Both the position numbers and the translations under genes were made by a program. The notes under the pieces are model-generated. The model ran no database searches. It had not been told where the DNA came from and worked only from the letters and a program-made list of their open reading frames with translations. DNA of 43,940 nt from the NCBI GenBank assembly GCA_038214755.1, contig JBBQRQ010000038.1:1-43940 (forward strand), given 5' to 3'. This DNA is from Verrucomicrobiota bacterium (GTDB lineage Bacteria > Verrucomicrobiota > Verrucomicrobiia > Limisphaerales > CANJXF01). Shown in pieces: positions 37,401 through 43,940 of this stretch (positions are counted from its first letter, which is position 1; every line of letters starts with the position of its first letter).

Positions 37401-37622
37401 GAAAATTATTTTGCCGGCGTCATCCGTGATTTCCGCCGTTCGTTTTTCCCACTGCAATTGATCGAATGGTTTGATCTTGGCATTGCTGAAAACGCGTTGC
37501 AAATGGAGGGATTTTTTCGGCGAATTAATTCTGCGTTGAGCAGTCTTGCGCGCGGAGGTAATCTTGCGATGGCGCGTTTTGGACTGGGAGGACGAGAGGA
37601 CTTGATCACGGGCGTCAATCAT
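34467..37622 (-). CDS. nrdJ: Class II (B12-dependent) ribonucleotide reductase with TSCPD domain and C-terminal Zn ribbon
   Basis: FNSPVWFN, QGSACFI, STNPCSEY, APTGTI, SGAISKTVN, YRDGSK, C-terminal CPSCG...CYKCLNCG. Confidence 0.96.
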   Translation of the reverse strand: MIDARDQVLSSSQSKTRHRKITSARKTAQRRINSPKKSLHLQRVFSNAKIKPFDQLQWEKRTAEITDDAGKIIFKQENVEVPKSWSVLATKVVVSKYFYGEQNTPERETSVRQLIDRVCRTIADWGIADGYFSKEDGEIFYDELTWLCVNQFGAFNSPVWFNVGLFHQYGVGKNSALGNWFYNPKTKQAERAPTQYEYPQGSACFIQAVKDNMEDIMRLAHSEAMLFKYGSGTGTDLTPIRSSKEKLSGGGRPSGPMSFLKVYDQVANVVKSGGKTRRAAKMNTLRDWHGDIEEFIDAKQKEERKAWALIEQGYDGSYNGDAYGSVMYQNENLSVRASDEFMNAALTGKEWVTRTVTGEKPLAKKDASKLLDKIAEGTWICGDPGMQYDGAIQKWHTCKGTEPIHSTNPCSEYVFLNNTACNLASLNLMKFKREDGVFDTERFKAAVRIFITAQEILVDNASYPTKEIAENSHIFRTLGLGFANLGSLIMSYGFPYDSNEGRALAGAITAMMTGHSYEQSAEIASVTGPFAGYENARCAGVEKPLARSNVDSMLNVIRLHRDAVEQIQPSKEFTYLKDEARHCWDRALARGKEVGYRNAQVTVLAPTGTIAFLMDCDTTGVEPDIALVKYKLLAGGGMLKMVNRGVGDALRRLSYSENQVAGILTHIEKHDTIEDVEDSGAGFQPASDGDVLSDATPKGAGRMPALLTIRSGLKLEHLGVFDCAFKPAQGKRSISYMAHLKMMGATQPFISGAISKTVNLPNEATVAEIRNAYVEAWKMGLKCVAIYRDGSKRSQPLNTKRTNERGGNTEPENARVKELEAENAKLRQVAGQPLRRRLPDTRSAVTHKFDIAGHEGYLTVGLFEDGQPGELFVTMAKEGSTIGGLMDSIGTLTSMALQFGVPMETLLRKFAHQRFEPSGFTKNPEIRNTSSIIDYVFRWMALNFIPGHREAAVVNPAQRELAMPGLEEAMKQNLNRPVSDLPMAEDSEPISLPPPRANGNGDHGATGVTSITSITFINQSDAPTCPSCGHFTVRNGACYKCLNCGESLGCS
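35502..35589. repeat. In-frame intragenic REP doublet inside nrdJ
   Basis: The reverse complement of 35564-35589 (TAGTGGGGCAGGCTTCCAGCCTGCCT) is 25/26 identical to the intergenic REP at 27822; the partner arm TAGTAGTGCAGGCATCCTGCCTGCAC is at 35502-35527. Confidence 0.88.
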
Positions 37623-37743
37623 AGGTTTGTTTCTTTTTTAAAGTTGTTTTCGCGGACAAAATCCGACTGAAAATCAATTCAGCCGGAGACAGAGTTTTCC
37701 CGGACACATTTTGGCAACTGGCTCGATGCTTTCAATCCAGACA

Positions 37744-37796
37744 CCCCATTACATTGGGAGCGAGAGCGAGCCTAGCACCACATATTGTGGTTTCAA
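37744..37796 (-). promoter_or_regulatory. nrdJ promoter with tandem NrdR boxes
   Basis: GCACCACATATTGTGG (37775-37790) and CCCCATTACATTGGGA (37744-37759), 31 bp apart, resemble acaCwAtATaTwGtgt. The minus strand reads TTGAAA-N16-TAGGCT with the stronger box filling the spacer. Confidence 0.75.
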
Positions 37797-37912
37797 GAGA
37801 TTTTTCAAAAAAAGTTATTCGAAGGACTTCCGGGGTAAAATGGGCGTGCGTCCTCGCCGAAATTCTTTGAAAGTTTGCTGTAGAAAAAAATTTTCTTAAC
37901 TGGGGAAGATTG

Positions 37913-38716
37913 CTAGTGAAGACGGGACTTGCTCACCGTTTTTTCGACGCTTGGAATTGCCTCATAACCAACACCCGTCGGCGTCCAGCGGCGCTTGACT
38001 AAAATGGTATTGGTAGGCAGACCAAGAATTTCGAAGTAGTTGGTCGGCGGCACTAGTCGCAAGTGGTTAAAATCTGGGAAAAGGAGGTATCGCCAACCGA
38101 AACTAAAGCTTACGATGTTACTCGAAATACCGGAAACGTGGACGACACAATTGGCCTTCCTCGTTTCCCATTCAAATTCATAATACGGCAGCGGATATGT
38201 CTTTGGATGCTCCTTCGTTTCGACGTACGTCCACCCGTTCGACTTATAGGAAATTTTATCATCAATCCATTTTAACTGCTCCTTCTTAACCGGTTTTTTG
38301 AATCCGATTTGTTTCACTGGAATTCCGTAAGCCACCATAGCCGATTCGGCAATTTGTTGTGCTTTTTTAAATGTTAAAAGGTTCGTCTCATGCATCCATT
38401 GGGTATGGTTGGTTAAATAGCCGACGTAATATCCCTTGTCTGTAAATCCAATAGGATCTCCGGTGTTGCTTCCAAAAATATAACGATCGTCAAAAGTTAT
38501 ACCCGCACTTAAACCCTCGGGGTGGGGAGTCGCGTCGAAATGCGTGACCTTGTTTGATGCGATGAGGCTATCGTTGAGATGCCATTTCAACGCCAAAGCC
38601 TGCGCATTGGTCATGATTGTGTTGAAGGCATATTCTTTGAAAGCTGGAGTATTCGTGGGTATGACCCCGCTTAAGGTAAGCACGATCATGTTGGTAAGAA
38701 GATTCGTGACGATCAC
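37913..38716 (-). CDS. Hypothetical exported protein, distant paralog of the two upstream genes
   Basis: TNTPAFKEYAF...AQ.LA..WHL aligns with TTPAYQEAAF...AN.V...LGL; similar AQQIA and YY..EW segments. Confidence 0.7.
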   Translation of the reverse strand: MIVTNLLTNMIVLTLSGVIPTNTPAFKEYAFNTIMTNAQALALKWHLNDSLIASNKVTHFDATPHPEGLSAGITFDDRYIFGSNTGDPIGFTDKGYYVGYLTNHTQWMHETNLLTFKKAQQIAESAMVAYGIPVKQIGFKKPVKKEQLKWIDDKISYKSNGWTYVETKEHPKTYPLPYYEFEWETRKANCVVHVSGISSNIVSFSFGWRYLLFPDFNHLRLVPPTNYFEILGLPTNTILVKRRWTPTGVGYEAIPSVEKTVSKSRLH

Positions 38717-38777
38717 AATTCAACGCCGCTTTCCTTTATGTTTCTCGGCACGGGCAAAGGCGAAGTGCCTTAGCCCG

Positions 38778-39632
38778 TTAGTCTGCGCGGGGAGGCGGCA
38801 GATATATTGTTTCCACTGGTCGGTTAGTGGTAATAGTGGCCTTTCCCGGAAATAATGCTGCCAAATTGGTGAACACCACAGGCGCGCGCAGGATGTATTT
38901 TGGATCTTCCACGCTTAAGCTGAGAAGTGTTTTGGTTGGCAAGAATAATTCCACAGATGCTCCCCCTCCAGCCGAGTAAGGCGGTTTGCCTTTCGTCAGC
39001 CACGAAACGATGTAAAGCGGAGTGAACTTGCGTTTTGGCAATTCTCCCATGTTGACGTTATTCCAATAAGGATCGAGAGCGACGCGGACATCGTAATCCC
39101 GGTTCAAGGCTTGGATATCCATGCGAGCAGTAGCCAGCCATTGTGTCGCCAGTTGGTAAGCGGTATTGGTGTCCAATCGCTTGAGTGGCCATTGGTATTT
39201 TTCCGCATACTCCCGACAATTACCGTCTATGTTCGCGATTGTTATATCACTGAACTTGTTCCCGCGTTTGACAAAATACCAGTAATTTGTCGTCTTTATG
39301 TTTCCGATTGCTTTTTCTGTGAACGCATACCCGAACGGAGAAATAAAAGCATGAACAATGTCGGACTCTGTTATCGGACGACTCTCCAGAAGGCCGAGGT
39401 CAGAAACGACTTGATTTGCTTCTTGAACGACCAGCTTAAAAGCCGCTTCTTGATATGCGGGTGTGGTAAACATGAAGTCAACGCTGACGAGTTCACCGTT
39501 CGTGTTCACTGTTCTAGGCACGCCGGGCGGAAGCTCTTGGGTCGTATCATTCGGAATTGCAGATAAACTCGCTGCCTGCGTTTGCAGTAACATCAAACAA
39601 ACCAGAGGGAATAGAATCCATTGCGCGTTCAT
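38778..39632 (-). CDS. Hypothetical exported protein (paralog 2)
   Basis: Signal peptide; GGAG just upstream of ATG 39632 (alternative start 39656); extensive identity to 39752-40573. Confidence 0.8.
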   Translation of the reverse strand: MNAQWILFPLVCLMLLQTQAASLSAIPNDTTQELPPGVPRTVNTNGELVSVDFMFTTPAYQEAAFKLVVQEANQVVSDLGLLESRPITESDIVHAFISPFGYAFTEKAIGNIKTTNYWYFVKRGNKFSDITIANIDGNCREYAEKYQWPLKRLDTNTAYQLATQWLATARMDIQALNRDYDVRVALDPYWNNVNMGELPKRKFTPLYIVSWLTKGKPPYSAGGGASVELFLPTKTLLSLSVEDPKYILRAPVVFTNLAALFPGKATITTNRPVETIYLPPPRAD

Positions 39633-39751
39633 ATTTCTCCACGAGTTATTCAGCATTCTCAGGAGCGGCGTATTTTATATCTCCGTCTAAGTTATGTCAG
39701 TTCTATCGACTTGAAGTCCCGGGAAACCAACGATGTAGATCTTGCCGATGC

Positions 39752-40573
39752 TTAATCCAGGCCGGGTGCTGGTCCCTCAACTGTTTTGACAGGATAATTT
39801 GTAACAATGGTGGCGTGCCCCGGAAACAACGCTGCTAAATTAGTGAATACCAGCGGCGGGCGCAGAATGTATTTGGCGTCTGTGACGCTTAATTGCAGCA
39901 GTTGCTTCGTCGGTAGGTACAATTCTACGTAAGCAACACTGCCGACTGAATCGTCCGTCTTTTCTTTAGATTGCCATGACACGAAGTAAAGCGGCGTAAT
40001 TTCCTTTCGAGCTTTCTTTTCTGCGCCCGGCAGCATGTCTGTGGTCAAATCTATGTGCAGTTCACAATCCCGATTCAATCCTTTTACATCCATATGCACC
40101 GCCGCCAGCCATTGCGTCGCCAGTTGATAGGCTGTGTTTGTGTTCATGGCTCGAACCGGCTCGGCAAACTTCTTGTCCCGATATTTCACATAGTAGTCAT
40201 CATAGTTGGCAATTGTCAGATCGCTGAATTTGCACCCTCTGCCAACGCCATAAAAGTAATTGGTTGTTGTGACATTCCCAATCGCCTTGAACTGGTAAGC
40301 AAATCCAAACGGAGAAATAAAAACGTGGGTTAAATTTTCTTCGGCAATTGATAGCGCCTCCAGTTTTAGTTCTTTGGCCACTTTGTTGGCTTCTTGGAGT
40401 ACCAGCCGCAAGGCTTCCTCTTGATAGGCGTGGGTGGTAAAAGTCGAATCAATAAATTCCACGGTGCCATTGGTGCTTAAGACTCGCGGCACACCGGGCG
40501 GAAGCCCGTCCATCGCCCGAGCTTGAAATAAAACGCAAAGAAAACAAAAGGTGAGGTAAAATCTATTCTTCAT
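39752..40573 (-). CDS. Hypothetical exported protein (paralog 1)
   Basis: MKNRFYLTFCFLCVLFQARA signal peptide; shares LPPGVPR, FISPFG, KAIGN, KFSD, NTAYQLATQWLA, LPTK, KYILR and VFTNLAALFPG with paralog 2. Confidence 0.8.
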   Translation of the reverse strand: MKNRFYLTFCFLCVLFQARAMDGLPPGVPRVLSTNGTVEFIDSTFTTHAYQEEALRLVLQEANKVAKELKLEALSIAEENLTHVFISPFGFAYQFKAIGNVTTTNYFYGVGRGCKFSDLTIANYDDYYVKYRDKKFAEPVRAMNTNTAYQLATQWLAAVHMDVKGLNRDCELHIDLTTDMLPGAEKKARKEITPLYFVSWQSKEKTDDSVGSVAYVELYLPTKQLLQLSVTDAKYILRPPLVFTNLAALFPGHATIVTNYPVKTVEGPAPGLD

Positions 40574-40583
40574 GGGACTTTGG

Positions 40584-43500
40584 TTATTCAACATTTGAAG
40601 GGGCAATATATTTTTTGGCAGGAGTCACCCCGGTATTGACGCCATTAACCGTGAGACCCTGAAATCCAACGATATAAATCTTGCTGGTGGAAATGTTCGT
40701 GTAGGAATACGAGTAACCAGTGCCAAAGACAGTTACGTTCTTATTTTCAGGCACTGCCAACGGCGTTCTGCCTGAGGCCGACACCGAAGCGACGTCTAAG
40801 CATTCTTTCAATGGCCTGCCATTCATCCACATGGAATAAAAATTTGCCAATGTCTGTGTGTAGCCCTTGGCGATATTGATCGCTGCCGTGGAGTTCTCGC
40901 TAAAGCCCAACCATCCGGCATGAATATCCGCCCAGCCCACATACGCCTGCGCACCGGTTTTGTTTCGTGCGGCTTGCTCCTGCGCTCCTTTGCCAATCGG
41001 ATAAATGCCAAAAGCCCGCCGCCAATCTTTTCCTGAAGCAGTGGCGCAGCCATCCAGCCAAACAAATCGATAGGGATTCTGCGTCATTAAACCGTTGGTC
41101 TTTGTGTAGGTGTTTTTTAACCGCGAACTGACATCTGATGCCGTAATGTAGGCATCGTCGTCGTAATTGCCAATCCAACTGTTGGTTCCATGGCCCCTGA
41201 TATAAATTTGCTTAGTCAGACCGTTAGTCATGTCCGGTAGTAGCGTTTCAATAACGCTTGGAAGGCTTGCTGGATCGTTGGTTAATCTTGACCGCCGAGT
41301 CATGTAGCCTGGATATTCTCCGTGTATATCAGGCAAGTAACGATTAAAATAAGACTGATAGACCCCGTAGCCTAAATTAGGTTTTATTAAGGCATCAACC
41401 ATACCTTGTAAGCCGTTCCAAATAGCCCCGTTTTTTGCATAGGCGGTTTTCAAAGCATCATTTGTAGGTGTGTAAAAATAAACTACATCCATGTTTGGTC
41501 CCCATTCTGACAACGAACCTTTTGCTCTAGTCAAAATCTTTTTCGGTTTGTTGGTTGAGACATTTCCCGGGGTGTTCGCATATGCGACGGTGAACACCGC
41601 CTGCACTTCGCTGTTGGTGAATGGCGTAACGCCATCGGCCAACATCCCATCCCAATTCTCCTCAATAAATCCGTTGGACGTGCTGTTGGTAATCGTTTTG
41701 ATCAGCGTCGGCGGAGTCGTTGAGGTGTCGTAGAGATCAATCTGGTAGTCAGCATCCGCCGCAAATAGCTTCGCATCCACGTATGCCCCACTATCGTCAA
41801 ACATGGAACCGCTCTCAAAAAACTGAACGGAGTTGCTCGAATAAAAGGGCAGTAATTTGCCCATTGAAAGTGTTACCGGATGTTCTGTTCCCGGATCTGA
41901 GCCATAACGAAATCCAGCCGACAAATAATGCTGGCCTAAGGGGTCAAAAGCCACATTGAATGAAAGCAGGCAATTCCCATTGGTGGCTCGGGTACATTCT
42001 TCAAGGGTCACGTCAATCCCGTTCATGTTGAGGTTCAAGGTCCCCGCGTTTGTCACTCGATCATAACTTACCGGTATTTCAAAGGTGGCAAAGTCTGGTT
42101 CTTCGCCCGTTGTGATTTGCAGCAACGTCAGCGGATTATTTGCGTCCAGCGGATTCAAATTTAAGGCGCGTTTGATTCTTCCTACCAATCCGTTGCCAGA
42201 AAGATCAATGTCATCATAGACCGTGCTGTAAGCATCCGGTGTCACGCCGTCCGTCATCGCCAGAGTGGGGTCAGTTTCATTGGAATCGAATTGCCCATTT
42301 CCATTGGCATCTTCGACATAATCAGGAATACCATCGCCGCCGCCCGAATCCGAATCCTTCGGGAAACCATTGCTCGCGGCGACATAGTGCAATCCTATAC
42401 TAACATTTCCCGTTTCATCACCTTCCTTTGTTTGGTCGGTTCGAGTGGTGTAATGGTAAAGTCCAGCCTCGGCCGGTGAACGGCTACCGGCCTTGTGCAA
42501 AGGTGAACTTGTCGGCAAATAATAATTTCCAAATGTGCTGGTCTGATACGCGGGCGCGGACGACAAAACCATGTCATTCACCGCATCCGTGCCACCATCA
42601 TCATTGTTCACAGCTAAACGGGACATTTGCCACGGTTCCAATTCGGATGATGTCCGTTCCCAGTATCCGTTGTAATCGTGATTGAGCGGCGGTGGGCCGT
42701 CTGACTGATATTCAAATGCTACTTTATCGAACAGATTATCCCCGAACGCCCAAAGCTCTCCAGTTGATGTCTCTCTGGAGTTCACCACCATCCGCCCTCC
42801 ACGAAACAAGTTATTGTTAACAGCGAACTTAAAATCGATGTTAAGGCCCCCTGGATAAGCATAGTAATTGGGGTCGAGCCTGATATTGAGCCGGTCGAAT
42901 AAATTATTAGCCCAGAACAACGAGCCGGGAGGGGTTATCGAGTAGCCTCGACCGAAGTCCGAATAGCCAATGGTGATGTGCCCACCATGTAGATTGCAGT
43001 CCTGCATGCGCCAGTCCATGGAACTGTCCGGTGACCAGCCGTACCCCAATTCCCAGGAAAAACCAGACCAGAATTGGTAATCTTCTGTTGGCAAATAAAA
43101 ATTAGAAAAGCGGAAGTCCATCTTCGGCGGTGCCTTATCCAATTCCCAAAGATTAGGAGCGAAGGCCAGCATGTGATAATCTATTCCGTAAAAATCCCAA
43201 AAGACAGTACGAGGGAACAAAAACGGACCTTCCTGGACAAATAGAACCGAGGCGAAGGTGTTCGGACTGTTCGGAGTGCCCTTACTAATGAAAGTCGAGT
43301 TTCCGCTTAGTTGAAATCCTCCAAGACTCCAAAAATTCTCGATATGATCGTTGCGAAAACCGATAGCGGTTCCAGGCTGCACCGTGATTGTGCCGCCTTT
43401 GACAACCATTGAAGCAACCGTGTAATCCAAGGCGTCGTAATGATAACCCAAATCCGGCGCACCGCTGATATAGCGCGGGACTTGCGAAAAAAGGGTCAAC

Positions 43501-43805
43501 TCGCCCTCAATTACGAAACCCATGGGAAAATCTACTGGCGGCTGGGTCGTTTTCTTTTTTAGATAATTCAGCAAGTCGGAATCAATTAATGTTGTTCCTT
43601 GAGCACGGAAGGAGCTATCTGCCTTCAAATAATGACCACCCGCACCCGACGTTTGAAATGGAGAGACGGCCGTTGAAAACTGATGCTGTCCGAATTCGCC
43701 ACAGCTGTAAAACCCGTTGTAGCTATCGCTGGTGTGAGGCAGCGTTCGGGAATGTTGAATGTTAGCAAGAACACAATTTTTCAGAGTAAATGCGCTGAAA
43801 CCTAG
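40584..43805 (-). pseudogene. Large extracellular multidomain protein, 5'-truncated by IS insertion (beta-helix-like repeats, Ca-binding motif, C-terminal His-Gly/Asp-Gly-Cys domain)
   Basis: The 1014-aa track ORF (TTG 43628) stays open ~60 more codons upstream (FSAFTLKNCVLANI...YNGFY...PFQTSGAGGHYL, homologous to the internal DYNGY...YQTSTFGNYYL repeat), with no ATG or signal peptide before the IS end. Confidence 0.7.
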
Positions 43806-43806
43806 T

Positions 43807-43940
43807 CTAGTGTCCCGTAATTAGCTAGACATATTGGGTTTTCCGTGCAAAATTGGATTCATGGCGAAAATGGCGGCGGCGGTTCAACTCTCGGAGATCG
43901 ACCGAAATCAACTCGGAACCTGGGTTCGAGCCCAATTCAC
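43807..43940 (+). mobile_element. Left end of a probable IS630-family element (continues beyond the window)
   Basis: CTAG site followed by TGTCCCGTAA at the point where the large gene breaks, then a transposase-like ORF start. Confidence 0.65.
43861..43940 (+). CDS. IS630-family transposase N-terminus (partial)
   Basis: MAKMAAAVQLSEIDRNQLGTWVRAQFT resembles the L(S/T)..(E/D)R..L..W.R start of IS630 transposases; only 26 codons are visible. Confidence 0.6.
   Translation, partial: MAKMAAAVQLSEIDRNQLGTWVRAQF

Overview
Bacterial chromosomal window, most likely Verrucomicrobiota (Pedosphaera-like). This is an inference from the many sulfatases, a PVC-type heme-CxxCH protein, a Tat-exported Gfo/Idh/MocA enzyme and abundant REP-like palindromes. 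The left ~26 kb carries polysaccharide and sulfate-ester degradation genes (3 sulfatase domains, Asp-box sialidase-like protein, PL10 and PL1 pectate lyases, alpha/beta hydrolase, beta-helix protein) interspersed with small toxin-antitoxin modules. The middle is housekeeping: DUF58, leuA with a leucine attenuator, cysS, tmk, nadA, and nrdJ with tandem NrdR boxes. The right end is an AT-richer block with a large extracellular protein, cut at its 5' end by an IS630-like element and followed by three paralogous exported proteins. The standout is a translationally coupled two-gene cassette at 1937-4569, bracketed by inverted copies of a repeat. It encodes a helical protein starting Met-Gly and a QueC/QatC-like enzyme fused to a C-terminal PD-(D/E)XK nuclease domain, with no qatA or qatD: a candidate new deazaguanylation-type anti-phage system. 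Other notable items are in-frame REP insertions inside nrdJ and a sulfatase, and a duplicated nadA promoter/5' end that may now drive a DUF6883-DUF4926 pair. All family calls come from motifs recognised by eye; no searches were run.
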